64,000 bases of DNA from Lytechinus pictus (Eukaryota), in NCBI RefSeq assembly GCF_037042905.1, contig NC_087245.1, positions 42,596,001 to 42,660,000 on the forward strand, written 5' to 3'. Position 1 is the stretch's first letter; each line of letters opens with the position of its first letter. Below the pieces are notes generated by a model. The model was not told where the DNA came from. It did not search any database and saw only the letters and a list, made by a program, of their open reading frames with translations. A program made the position numbers and the translations under genes. Positions 40,601 to 55,600 of this stretch are shown in pieces.

Positions 40601-43600
40601 TTCTCTTTTTTGAGTGGCAAATTATAGTGTCCTTGCATGCATATGACCTCAGAAAGCTTGGTTCTGTCTGGGTGTAAAGCTGATGACTCAGTGTATGATG
40701 AATCTGCTGTCTGTGTACATACAACTGGTGATATTCTTGGGAGTTCAGGGGCCCGTTGCAGAAAGAGTTGCGTTTAAACGCAAGCCAAAAAATCAATCGC
40801 AAGTCACAAATGCGCGCTGTTGATTGGTTGAAAATTAAGTTGCGCATGATTTTTAGAGTTTCTGCAACGGGCCCCAGATGCCATAATAAAATAAATAAAC
40901 CATTGATATTCATTGTATGCAACAGGTCATCATAGTATACAAGTGTAAGACACCATTCTAACTACCTGGCTTCCTAAAACTAGGTTACTGGAAACTAGTT
41001 TTAGTGGAAACTAGTTTAACGTGTTGTGAGAACGGTCGAAGTGATCTTCCAAACTGGCTCAGAGAACCACCTCGCGATGTAGTTTTCAAGATCGCTTTGC
41101 CTCGTTAAACTGGTTTTAGCGTAAGTGAGGACACAACAGTTCTTCGGGAAGCGATCTTGGCACATTTTGAGCGTGCTTCTTTACACGACAGGTTTAGAAT
41201 GCCTACACTGTGGTTTCAAATTTCGCGCGAAACGTGTCACCCCACAGAGCGTTTCCATTGCAACAAAATTGCTTTACATGAAGTGATTTTGAATAACCAC
41301 TTTCGTGTGATCAAATGGGAACGCTAGCAAAGCGATTTTCCAAACTGGTTTCCTGAATCGGTTTCCAGTAAACTAATTGTAGAAAGCGTAATGAGAACGG
41401 TGTCTAATTTTGGTTTTAGTGCTCACTTGGCAGTTATGGGCAGATTGATACTGCATTAATAGGCCTACATCAAGGCTCCACATAAACTTTTTTTGGTGGT
41501 GGCCTGTTCGGGCCACCAAAACCTTCATGTACTATTTTTTGGTGGCCCGATATAAAAGTTTGGTGGCCCGAAAAATATGAAAAAAAAAAATTAAAAATTA
41601 ATGAGACAAACTTCTAAAATATTAATTCTGTAGCCACGAGCACTATTAAAGTTACATGTACTTTCACTTTGTGTATCTTGTTACTCTTGTATGTAAACCT
41701 TGTTTGCTATTATTATATTTTGCAAATTGATTTGTGGTAAAATATAATTTATTTTATCATTGTAAATTAAATATGAAATGATTGAAAGAGAATAAATCAA
41801 TTGTATTATTCCCAGGTTGTGTGAACTTTTTTCTTTGATCTTTGCATACATGTAATATATAGAAATAAATTATGCATAACAAACTTGGATACAAAACAAT
41901 AAATTTCCCTTTCTTCCTCATTGAATCCCAAAACATAAAGTATGCAGGCCCCAAATCCAGTTTATTTATGTTTTCTCTGCCTTTCAGCACATTATAGCAG
42001 GAGAAAATCATAGAAAAATATGCTGCAAAATTAGAACAATGCATAAAAGTGGGAGGCAAACAAAAATAATTAAAGAAAGGAGTGAAATAAAACAAAAGAA
42101 AAAAGAAACAAAGAAAGAAAAAAAGAACAGGAAAAAAATAGGGAAAAAAAAAAGAAGAAAAAATTTAGAAAAAAAAGAAATAAAAGAACATGAAAGAGAA
42201 ATGAGTATTAAAACAAAATGAAAATAAAAATTGGGAAAAGGGGGAAAAGGGGAAGAGAAAGGGGGAAAATTAAGAAGCCATTACAAATATTTTAACAGCT
42301 GTGCCAAAAGTCTATTCTGACTGGAACTTGATACAATTAAAAGCCAAGCGAATGATTTTCACTTGCCTTTTGGGAATGGGGCAGTTCTATTTTTATATCC
42401 TTCAGTTTGTATTATTAATCATTTTTTGTCATATTCTTTAATCAGTCAATGGGAAGGGGTAGAAACGGCTAAACCTCTGTCAAAAAATGGAAGAGAAAAA
42501 AATAACGATAAGGGATTTGCGAAAGTTACATCCGGAAAAAAAAGTGTGAGAAAAGTCCTTCCCTATATTTGCCAAAATGTCGGAAAAATCCACATGTCAT
42601 ATCAACGAAATGCCTTCCAAAAGTATTTAGTTTCTCTAGAGTGGTTTAAGAAGTCATTTATAAACAATAAAGAAAGAAATTATCTGTTTAATTTTGGCTA
42701 GAAAAGACACAGCTTCGAAAGAAGCTAAGTATCAACACACATACAAATGCACACGTGGGACTGTAATGTACTCTCCTTTGGGTTTTTGTGTGTATTAAAT
42801 CATTTAAAATTCTGTCTTTTTGAGTCAAAAGAGAGGTCATAATTCCTCTTTCTAATGCTTTCAAATAATCAGGGTACACCAGATTTTAGTAATATAGACT
42901 GTAGAAGGACTTTCATTGGTGTTAAATGTGACTTTGACTGAGATTTTCAAAGTTCTGTGCAAGAAAGGAAATTACGCCATGGCTGGGATTCGAACCCACG
43001 ACCCTCTGTTTCAAAGTCCGGAGACTAATCCACTGGGCCACAACGCTCCACAAAGTTACGCTTATTTAGGCCTATCATAAAACAGTGATATGCACTACTC
43101 AGTGACATGCAAATGAGACAGTCGATGATGTCCCTCACTATTTCTTTTGTTTTTTAATGTTTGAATCATGCATTTACAAATTTGACAATAAGGGCCAACA
43201 TGACTGAACCATATAGTATTAAACAGTGCTAATTCCACATGTTCACGGAGGAATCAATCGTTTCAATTGACAATGAGGAGAAAATTAGAATACGTCATAT
43301 TTCATATAATAAGATACAAAAGAAAAAGTGAGTGGATGATGTCATCAGTCTCCTCATTGGCATACCAAGCAGGATGTGCATTTTGTGAAATTAAGCAAAA
43401 CTTAATTTGTCATAACTTTCTAATTTATCATCCGATTTTGATGAAATTTTCAGTGTAGTTATGCTTACTTTGGATTTTTCTCTTTTTTTTTAAATGAACT
43501 TTTTGTTAGGGTTGACTTGTCATTTAATTTCTTAAATTCTAGGATTTAATACTGATTATTTCAATATATTTCTAATCAAAAACATTAAAATTATTAAACT

Positions 43601-46600
43601 TATTTATGATTAAAACTCATCATTATCGAAATATTAAATGAATGTGGAATTTTGTTGATGAATTGAATTAAAGGAGTAGTTTTTAGTTCTTGTACACATG
43701 TATTAGCTCTAGGTTGGCTCCTATTTTCCTTTCTAATCTAATACCCCTTTTCCAAATCCATGGGTATGGAGCAAAGCAGGAATACCATTGCAATAATCTG
43801 CACTATTTCCTTGATCGACTTGCCAAAAAATAGTTCAGACTATTTTGTAACAATGAACATTTTATTATGAATTGATGAAAGCAGTATGAGAAACGTTGCA
43901 AATTATTGCAAAAATGGCATACACTAGTAGTATACAGGTATAGTATAGCTTTTAGTATATATGCTAAGTTTCTAAAGAGCAAGGAAGGAATGCACAATAC
44001 ATTCTATGGTTTTGGCCTCCCCCTCTGCTTGGCCAATTATAAAACAACAGTTGTGAAAATTCTGTAACCTTGACCATGACTAATGGTAACCTCTTTCTCT
44101 CTGTCCCTCTCTTATTATATCTTTCACTCTATTTTGTCCCTCTTTCACTCACTATCCACCTCTGCTTCTCTATCTTTCCCTTTTTTTCTTTCTTGTAGGT
44201 CAGCTGAAAGTATTTGACTGCCTGGGCAGGGATCTCTTGGACAATGCATTTGAAGGATACAATGCATGCATCTTTGCATATGGACAAACTGGTGAGATGC
44301 AACTAAGGGTTTTTTTTTCTAAGATTTTCAGTTTGTAATTGCTTTATCATCTATGGTTTGTACCTTTACCAAAGAACACAAAAATTGCATATTAGAAAAC
44401 AGAAATTTAGTACTTAAACATATTACATGTATGTGAATATAGAGTACTTCTACTTCAGAAAAAATATATGGGAACCTGAAATTACACTGATGTCATTTTG
44501 GAATTAAAGACAATGAAGAAGATGAGAGAACACTTGGCTTCATCAAGTCAATTTGAGAGGGCAAAGAGACCTGGGTCACGTAACACAAAGGTTAGAGATC
44601 AATCGTACGCTTGATTTTCATGATTAATTGTACATTGTAGTCAACACAATCAGTTGTAAAAAGAAAATGTTGTGTGATGATTGCTATTATTAAAGCTTTA
44701 TCTTATGGGCTTCAGTTGCTGTATCTTGTCAAGCTGACTTTATGATGACTATTTAGAAAAAAACATTGAAGTTCTTGTCTTTTTGTTCTCATTCTGCCAT
44801 GATCTTATCTTCATATCCTGGGCCCCATTGCAATATGGTAACTTTGCCATCAAATGGTACATGCAACTACCATGGTAGCGATGCTCAACAGCCAATCAAA
44901 TTCAAGGATTCCATGCATGTTACCATTGCATGGCAAAGTTACCATAATCTTGGTAACCTTTCTGCAATGGCACCCTAATTTACTGTACAGATGAGGAACA
45001 GGGCATTGTTATGGACTTCTTATCTTCTCATTCACAAGTATCTCATCTTTCCTGTGCACTTATTAGCTCTAATTTATCCATATTCAATTCAATCTTAAAC
45101 CACTCCTTTCTCCTCCTGCTCTCAGGATCAGGTAAATCTTACACCATGATGGGTACAGAGGATCAGAAGGGGATAATCCCTCGCCTCTGTGATACCCTGT
45201 TTGAGAGGATGGCCAAGGAAGCTAATGAGGACACCCTTTCCTTCAAGGTCGAGGTCTCCTACATGGAGATCTACAATGAGAAAGTCAGAGATTTGCTTGA
45301 TCCGAAAGGGTAAGAAAATCTATAACAGAAGGTGTATTCAGACTGCCTCCTTCACTAGAGTACCCCGTTGAATTATGAGCACATGCAGTCTGGCTCAAAA
45401 ATACCTGTCAATTATTTTCTGCATTTACAGACTTAGTTACAAACATGCGCAGTATGGTCTGATTGGCAGGCAAGTGTATGATTCAAAATCGCTAGCTAAG
45501 CAGCCACCCACAGTACCTGTGACCAATTACTCGCTGGGTTAGAAAAAGTGATCATGTATTTTCACACTGCCAAAAATACCTGTAACTTTGGAAAAATCCT
45601 AGCAAAAGTACATTTTCTTTCAGGAATATTACAAGTATTTTGTTTTCACATTGGCAGAAAAGATGGTATTTCCGATCAGGGTAGATCAGGGCAAATTTCC
45701 TGATGAGAGAATACCTGGGGAGCGTTTCATGAAAGGACTTGTCGGACGTTTTATCCGACAAGTCCCATTTTATCCGACAGTTACCATAGTAACAGTACCT
45801 CTCAGCCAATCAACATCAGAGAAAGATGTCAGATCTGACAACTTGTCGGATGAAAATGTTGATGAAACACTCCCCTGGTACCAGTACTCTCAAACTTAAA
45901 AGCGGTGTGAATACGCCTTGATAGATCAATACCCACATCCCTGTTTCAGTCAAATCGCTAAATTACAACCAAATCTCTACCAACCAATCAAATTTCTTCA
46001 TTGCTTGTGACTTTCCTCTTATTCGTATGAAATATCATTGTTGTAGCTCAGATAATTTTGGTATAGTAATTCTTCTTCATCTATAATGGTCTTATTATTA
46101 GTTTTGTAAATAAATGGATTTTTGTAATGCGCGAATCCACATCCTAAGGTTACTGCAGGAACCCAGTCTACTTTCCAATGGCCCGTCGCAGAGAGAGATT
46201 ATAAGATAAAAAATAAAGTCCAAAATGCATGAAAACAATTGTTTAAACCAAGATGCATTTTTATTGTCTCCCCTGCATAGCAGAGCGAGACTATAGACGC
46301 CGCTTTTCCGACGGCGGCGGCGTTATCAACATTGAAATCTTAACCAAAGTTTAGGTTTTGAAATGTCATCATAACTTAGAAAGTCTACAGACATAGTTCA
46401 TGAAACTTGGATATAAGGGTATCAAGTATTACTGAACATCCTGCCTGAGTTTCAGGTCACATGACCAAGGTCATTCAGGGTCAATGAACTTGACCATGTT
46501 GTTGGGGGAATCAATATTGAAATCTTAACCAAGGTTAAGTTTATGAAATGTCATAACTTCAAAAGTTTATGGATCTAGTTCATGAAACTGGGACATAAGA

Positions 46601-49600
46601 GCAACCTGGGGAGCGTTTCATGAAAGGATTTTATCCGACAAGTCCTGTTTTATCCGACAATTACCATAGTAACAGTAGCTCTCACCCAATCAGAATCAGG
46701 GAAAGTTGTCAGATCTGACAACTTGTCGGACAAAAATGTTGATGAAACGCTCCCCAGGTATCCCTGAATATCATGTGCAAGTTTCAGGTCACATAACCAA
46801 GGTCAAAGGTCACTTAGGGTCAACAAACTGGCCATATTGGGGGTATTTGAGGAATTGTCATAACTTTGAAATTTTATGGATCTAGTTCATGAAACTTGGA
46901 CATAAGAGCAATCAAGTATCCTTGAACATCCTGTGCTAATTTCACGTCACATGACCAAGGTCAAAGGTCATTTAGGGTCAACAAACTTTGGTAATGTTGG
47001 GGGTATTTGTGGAATTGTCATCATATCTTTAAAATTCCATGGATTTAGTTCCTGAAACTTGGACATAAAGCAGGAATGTATCCCTGAATACCCTGTGTGT
47101 GTTTCAGGAACATGGCCAAGGTCAAAGGTCATTTAAAGGTCAATGAACTCTGGCTGTGTTGGGAGTATGTGTTGAATTGGCATCATAACTTAGGAAGTTT
47201 ATGGTACTTGCTCATAAAACATGACGTAAGGGTAATCAAGTATGAATGATAGTTTTACACAATCCTTAGGTCACATGATCATGGTCAAAGGTCATTTGGG
47301 GTCAATGGACATACTATTTTATTATCTTATTAATGTTTTCTTCTGTGAATAATTATTCATTAGCTGTTTTTCAAAGGAAGCACTGCTGCTATATCGAAAT
47401 GCATAATGCAGGCGAGACTGCCAGAGGCGTTCCACTTGTTTTAATTGAATTCAGTTTGTTTAGTTCATATTCTGTGCAAATATTAAAAAAATGCAATAAT
47501 GACTTGCTCAAAAAGGTGCATATCAACTGAGAAAAAACTGAAAATACAAAAAAATTTTAAGTTTTTAAAAACTTGAACAATGTAGTGTAGAGATGTGCTT
47601 GATTACAGCTCTTTGTGGAACTGGCCCCAGCTTGGTCATGCTATATTCTATGCATTTTGATCTGTGATTTTAAACAGAAACTGTAGGTCAAATGTTGAAT
47701 TACAAAGTAAGTAGTCCAAATTCATATCAGGTCTCAAGTGAGATGTTTTCACTGTACACAGTACTTAGAGATTAATAATTTGAAGATATGACTTGTGAAT
47801 TGTGGCATACTTAGGTTTTTGTTCTATAAATTTCTCTTCTTTTTGCTTTTCACATATGTTCTATCTTCCAGGAACAAACAGAATCTGAAAGTTAGGGAAC
47901 ACAAGATTTATGGTCCATATGTGGATGGCCTATCTACCCTTGCTGTCTCCTCATTCGAGGTTGGTATTGCTTCAGTTGTCTGGCATTTATTTAAAAAATT
48001 CCACTTTACCCTTACATTATTTGTTCCTTACTCATTTTGTAGAATATCTTCCAAACTTTGCAGTAGAGTAAAATGAAGAAGAAAAGGTTACTGATGGTGG
48101 TTGGTGCTAAGGCTAAGTCATGGGGGGGGGGGGGTATTTTTCTTCTACAAGGTGGGAGGAAATAAGTCAGAAAAATCTTGGAACCAGCAGTACACAGGCT
48201 GGCCGCAGCTCTACCATCCGGCCATTGCTGTAATTAATTTGCAGACTTTAATGGCAAACCTTTTATGTGGATGCTTTGAAAAGTGGAAAATGATGTTATT
48301 TCACCTTGTATATTGTGTATGTTCATTTTCAAATGTTTTTCTCTTGATAATCTTTGTTCAAGACAGCCAATTTTTTTTTCATTTCTTTTTATTTTGGGGG
48401 GCTACTTTTCGCAACCTACTGCCTAAATCTGCTACATTGGATAAGCTTTAACATTGCGATGAATGGGAATATTCCAAAGCTCTTTTTTAAAATGAATTTC
48501 CAGGGCTCTTTTGAGTGTTTTGGGGGCGTAATAGCTCCGAGCCCCCTTGTAATTTTTCCCTGGTTCAAGACTATTTATTACTTTTGAGTAAATGACTGTA
48601 CAGAGGATGATTAGAATGTGAAATGGAAAGAAATTATTGCTCTCCAGTCTCCTCTTTGATATTTTCGTAAACTTTAGATATCTATTGAAGGTTTTATCTT
48701 TGCCACTTGACCTTCTCTATCCCTGCCATGGGATGGATAATTTCCTATGGAGACGGATTGTTGTTGAGATCTCCTTACCTCATTAGCATGCCGTCTGAAT
48801 ACCTCCACATAATCCCACAGGAGACATAATAAACCACAGTAGCTGTATTCACACTAAAAATTGTATTTGGGACACATACATGTATATGGATGTTTAAAAG
48901 AAATATCAGCATAAGTACCTCTTTAGCATGTAACGGTTTGTAACCCGAATAACTCTTTATAATCCCACATAATAAACCACAGTAGTCGGATTCATACCTG
49001 AAATTGGATTTTGGACAAATAAGGATTTTTAAAATAGAATATACATGTACAGTATTATTGCATGTATACATTTAATTAGCACATTTACTTGATTAGTATA
49101 GTGACCATCTGAATACCTCCATATATAATCCCGCAGGAGATATCATAAACCACAGCAGCTGCATTCACACTTTAAATTGCAGGGAATAGTTTTCCTGGTA
49201 TCGCATCACAATTTGCTCCATATTTTTTAAAGACTGCTACAGCATTTACCAGTTGTGGTAATGATCTCAAAATGAGTTCGAACAGAATCCAATAAAATGG
49301 CCACCAAAGTGCATGTTTGTATGTATGAATAATCAAGATGTGCCAAATTGCTCTGGAAACAATATGTAAATGTCAAGAAATGAGCAAAATAAGCATGGAT
49401 TTCCATAATATGCTGGGTATGTTTCCAAACAATATTAATATACTGTCAAGATTATATTTATTTCAAGACTGATTCGCAGAATGAGCAGAGTTGTAAAAAC
49501 TGTTTACAGGTTAAAAAAAAAGCCTGAATTCAGAAATATTTACTGAGAATTATAACTATGAAAATAGTATTACCAAATTATTTAAAAAAAGATGAAAGAT

Positions 49601-52600
49601 GAACTCCCAGATTGCAGCAACTCCATTTTTACACAACTGCCTTCTAGCAAGTAAAATCCATAGTCATACACCTAGGGATGCCTATGCAGTTCCATAGATG
49701 AGATTGATTGGATCAGTCACAATTCTTCATAAGACAGGGCCCAGATGTGTGTCTTTACCTTATTAGGCTGAAGCATAGCATGCTGTATAATAATAAGTAT
49801 CAGTATGAAATCCCAGGAGATTAGCAGAGCTGCCAAGTAGTACGATTTTTTTTTTTTTTTTTTTTTTTTACAAAATCGAAATTTATTGAGAAAAATCATC
49901 TCTATATGTCTCTATTTCATAAAACGTACACTAATATGGTTATTAGATCAATGTAATTTCAGGTAACTTATTTTTTTTTTCAATCATTTTGTAAAAACCA
50001 GGGTGAGATATACACAAGTTTCAATGTTTTTTTTTTCATCTTCAAGAGCAGTGCACATTTTAGCTTGCATGCAGCTTGAGCGCCGTGATGGGCGAGTGCG
50101 CCAAGCATTTTATTATGAAATACACTTTTTTGGGGGAAAATCCAAAATATTAATCTCACACGGTAAAAATACTGATTTTTTTGTCAAAATACTGATTTTG
50201 GGGGATAAGAATACTGAAAATGCAAAATAGAACTTGGCAGCTCTGGATTAGTCCCATAATTTAGATGAAATCTAATATGAAGGAAATGATACTTTGTCGT
50301 ATTGATGAGAGTACTGTCAACAAATCCCATTTTCTTTTATTCATCATTCTCGAAAATTGAATTATCCCCCAGTATATTGTCTACAAAATAAAAATAAGTA
50401 CAACATTTTCATTCTTTGAAAACTGCAATTGGAAAAAGTATCGTCTCAACTTAGTGGAAATAATTGAATGACTAAAAAATCAGGAATAGACATTGTTTCA
50501 TTGAACTAGAGAATAAAAATAGACAGCAAATGGTCAAAGGGCCTCTTGTTTCACATGTAAGTTTTGTCAGGCTATATTGTCTATTAAAGGTTTTGTTTCA
50601 TGGAAAATGTCCCAGAAAATCTCTGACCTTTATTGAGCACAGTTTGAGTATAGAGCTCTATGGTTTGAGTAGCACACTTGACAGCACTGATGCTTTTGCT
50701 TTTTATGCTCTTTTGGTGGCTATATTGCATAAATTTTAACATACTTCTGCTTGTTGTAAATGTCAGTTTAAAATCGCTATCCCTCACATGTGTCCTTCCT
50801 TTTATCAGTTTAAGAGATGAACATACATGTGGGTAATGCATAGATCATTGAAGAGTAAATATGTATTAGGGATTAATATGCAGCCCTTCAAGTTTATAAT
50901 TTCTTGGAGCTCAATAAATCGCTCTTCTCAAATTGACGATATAGATTTATAGCAATATGCTAGCGATAGCTCGCACTATTATGCTTCTGATAAGGAAGAA
51001 TGAAGTTCATCAAATTCAAACAGGATTGGTACTTACAGGAATCCTATTCATAATTTTCAATTTTTTTATAATAAATAACTCACTTGAAAATATATATTTT
51101 TTGATATATTCAATGCATTGCCACTGGATAACTAGCCAGAAAATTATTCATTTCACATGTCGCACCAGCACAGTCAATGACATCACAGCAACACAAGCAC
51201 AGTCAATCACCGCAACTCGCATCGATCACATCAACAGGCGCTATCACTCACCCAAATCCCTGCTAAAATACAAATTACGTCCTTAAAGTTGCTTTATCTG
51301 CACCATATTTCCAAAGCATGCATGCAGTCTCTGAAAATGCAGTAAAAATTAAGAAATGTGTGATTTTTTCTGAGATGGTAAACTTTATTTTGCTAATTTA
51401 GGATTGTATTTTCAAAATTACCAATAAAAAAACCAAACCAGAATTTTTTTTCTTTATTGCAGTCATTTTTACAGCGATATCCGACTTTGCAATTCTCGCT
51501 ACCCCAAATAGCGATTTCGCCGAGATCCGGGAAAAATCCCTGTAACGCGCATTGCATAATGGGATAGCTTTTCGGTATTACAACTTCCTGTTCGGAAGTC
51601 CAATGCACTGTTTTGCCATTCAGATCAACAGTGCCGTCATCCACAACAACACAACGTCGCTTTCGCTTGGAAAGTTCGTGATCACAACCCTCTCTTTCAC
51701 GATACAGTTTAACGGCCTTTTCTTTGCACGGTATTCCTCTGTCAGTTAAGATTTTTTTAAGTTCCGAAACTGATTTTTTATCCATTTTGTGGTCGACGAA
51801 AAATTGAACGGAATGAATGCTGTAGTGTATATATTTAGCGTCTAGTCGAATACGAGCGTGATGTCAGGCCGGTCGCTAAATGCAAAATTTTAAGATATTC
51901 ATTTTTCGTTTTAATTTTTTTATAACCAAATAAAAACATGAATAAAAATTATTTTCACGTGAAATATATTTTGTATTTTTATTTATAATTCAAATGGAAT
52001 AAAAACTGACCAAATTAAATAAAAAGTATAATCTGTACATATTACGCTGATTGGCATCGATTTCAGCGTGGTGGAAAACTCAGTATCGCGAACCCACTGA
52101 ACTATAAATATGTATTTCTAGTTCAGTGCGCGAACCTCGCGCGAGCATGACTCTGAACCGGAAGTGGTGATGACGACCCGACGGAGTGAAAATTATCTCG
52201 TCTCGCGCATTATGAGATTTTTGTTCCTATTTGGGGTAGCGAGAATTGTTTTAGGCAGTTGCAGGAGCTATGCCAAAGCAGATGAGAGCAAATTGCTTGT
52301 CAATCGTGTGTATTTTTCGCTTTTTAGCTTCCATAAAAATTGTAAATATCAAGAAAATTGATGCGGCAGTCAAAAAGAGGTGCGGGCGTGTACGAAAAAC
52401 ATATTTTTTAAGCCAAGTTTTGAAAATAGTATAAGGGGCACGATAGTTTGTTCTTATTTTTTTTAAGGAGCGCAGTAGGAGTGCTGGCACGATCGCGCCC
52501 CTCAAAAATGAAGGTCTGAATTTTTTTTGTATTGCATCTCTGTTTGCTTTGCATTTTTCTATAACTAACACACAAAATTTATTAATTTTACATAGTGGAG

Positions 52601-55600
52601 AACTGTACAGAAAACACATTTTAGCGGCTTTTAACTGCTTAAGAAACAAATATGAGAACCAACTTTATTCCCTGGAAAGTTGTACAAATAGGGAAATACA
52701 TTCAACAAAGATATAAATACAGTGTATGTAAACAAAAAATGTACTCCCACAGGTTCACCTACTATTATGTACATGTATGTGCCGGCAGAGAAAACTAGAG
52801 ATGCTTGCCATATGAATTGAAAAAACTAGAGATGTTTGTAATCAAGATTGAAGAGTAATAATGGTACATGGATCGACTTCCTTCAGCGCACCAACAATCC
52901 TCGATGATGCGAGTCTGTGGTTTCACATGATGGTACCCAGCATCCACCAATTATGATAATGTAATACTCTGCCTCTTTTCTTTGTGAGGGAAAACATCAA
53001 ATGCGGCATTATGCGTGTCTATGCTAGTATAGTGTCATTTTTCTCCCTTTTTGAATTCGGATGCCAGAATTCTAGAAGTCATCTCTGAATAGAATGTTAC
53101 AGAGAAATGTGATTAAAAAAGAGCTGAAGCGCTGAGTATAAAGAGGCAAGGGGAAATTAATGGAATTGATGGAAAGAAGGGCAGAAGGGGGGGGGGGATG
53201 TTTGCAGAGAAATAGAGACCCCAAGTATACTGATTAGTCATTTTATTTTCATACATACTATATGGGAGATGTTGTTTATGTATGTCAGCGCATTTTGATT
53301 AAGGAAGAGCTAAAGCATTAAGGAATAAAGAAATGAGTCTTACCAATAGGCAAGAGGGGGAGACAGAGATCCCTTTGTAACCCTCCCCTGAACTTTCTTA
53401 TATTTTCATTTCATATTAAGAGATTAAAAGTCGGAAAGACAAGAGTTTATCACTATTAAAAAATCACAAGTGGCAAATAGGATGGATAAGATTTCCCATA
53501 TCTTTTAAATGGAGGACCCAATTTATTGATTGCATGATTGATTTTAGACAATAAAGAACATCTGTATGTGGCACTATGCCTAAGATAGAAAAATTGGTAT
53601 ACAAATGATGCATGCACATGAGTTCATTAAGCGATCTATCCTCATGCGAGTTGAGGCTCTGTTCAATCCATTGATAAACAAACAGCTTCGTGCAATGGAT
53701 TGAACACAGCCTCAACGAGAGGGGATAGGTCGCATAATGAACGAATGAAGACATGCATCATTTGGTTTATACAACAAATTTTCTAGATTTTGTTATTTGA
53801 CAATAGAGAAGAAAAAATAACAAAAGCAGATGGAATTAAGGACGTTCCACAGTTAAGGTGAATCCATGTCATTTTCAACATACTTTGCACATATATACTT
53901 AAGCACCTGGGGCGATATTCTGAGGTCATTTTATCTTTAAAATATTTTATTTTATCTCTTAAAATGAAATTGGTATTCTGAGATGACATTTTATCTCTCA
54001 GATAAAATTTAAAATTTTATCTTGAGTATAAATTTTATCTTGCTTATCTATGATGATACGCAACAGAGCAATGGCTGCGTAGACATACCCATCGCGTATC
54101 TGGCCATTGCAACGCGGGTGATGTGCTTGCGCCCAAGTTACTTTGAAGAAAAAAATAAAATAAACTTAAAAGAGGGTAAGAGCTATTTTATCTCCACGAC
54201 GTTGATTTCGTCAATATTTCTAGGTGAATTAACTCCAAATGTTGGCATGAAAATTAAGAAAAATTATATATTCATTGAGAACAGCACCTTAAAGTTATTC
54301 CTGTACAATCAGGAAGTATTTCATAAGACTTTTCTTGACTAATATTGTCTTTGAAATGATGCTTGAAAAGATGCGATATAGACTTCGAAAAAGAGTATTG
54401 CCATTTTTGTTAAAAAGAAATCTCTGTAAAGACGCGCAGGCGTATAGTGCAAGCGTATTGAAGTCAATAAATTGACGCAATCTCACTCCTTCGCCACACC
54501 TCCTAGTGGAATGGATTTCCATTGGTTGAGTGATATGAGATAGCTATAAAAACGCGTTTCTAATTGGATATTGATTAATCTGGCCATTGCAACGCGGGTG
54601 ATGTGCTTGCGCCCAAGTTACTTTGAAGAAAAAAATAAAATAAACTTAAAAGAGGGTAAGAGCTATTTTATCTCCACGACGTTGATTTCGTCAATATTTC
54701 TAGGTGAATTAACTCCAAATGTTGGCATGAAAATTAAGAAAAATTATATATTCATTGAGAACAGCACCTTAAAGTTATTCCTGTACAATCAGGAAGTATT
54801 TCATAAGACTTTTCTTGACTAATATTGTCTTTGAAATGATGCTTGAAAAGATGCGATATAGACTTCGAAAAAGAGTATTGCCATTTTTGTTAAAAAGAAA
54901 TCTCTGTAAAGACGCGCAGGCGTATAGTGCAAGCGTATTGAAGTCAATAAATTGACGCAATCTCACTCCTTCGCCACACCTCCTAGTGGAATGGATTTCC
55001 ATTGGTTGAGTGATATGAGATAGCTATAAAAACGCGTTTCTAATTGGATATTGATTAAAAAAATAGGTGTGTCTTACAGAGATAAAATTGGTCTCAGAAT
55101 ACCAATTCGGAGAGATTTTAAGGGTATTTTATCTCACTGATTTTAACGGAGATAAAATATTTTATTTTATCTGAGATAAAATGGATCTCAGAATACCACC
55201 CCTGAATATTCCAAATATGCAAAAATTAACATGGGTCTATGTGCTTGATTTTTCGCTATAAAGCGTCAAAGTTCACCAAAATGGATGTTCTTAAGAATTG
55301 TGCATTTAAAAGAATTTGTAATTTTTAGACCTCACGAGATCACAACAATGAATTTAAACCTCTAAACAAACATTAAAAGATAACATGATATGCATGAAAC
55401 AAGATCAAATTATTCATATTTTTGTTTCACATTGAATTTCAAATAATTTGCTTTTACTCTTCAAATTTTCCCAGAAACGCCAAGAAATCGTTGTGGAAGT
55501 CTCAGGATTTTGAAAAGTATGTCTATGTACATGTATACTCACTAGTTTTCAGGCATTTTATAACCTTGAATTCTGCTCCATTCTTGTATTTTATTCCTGA

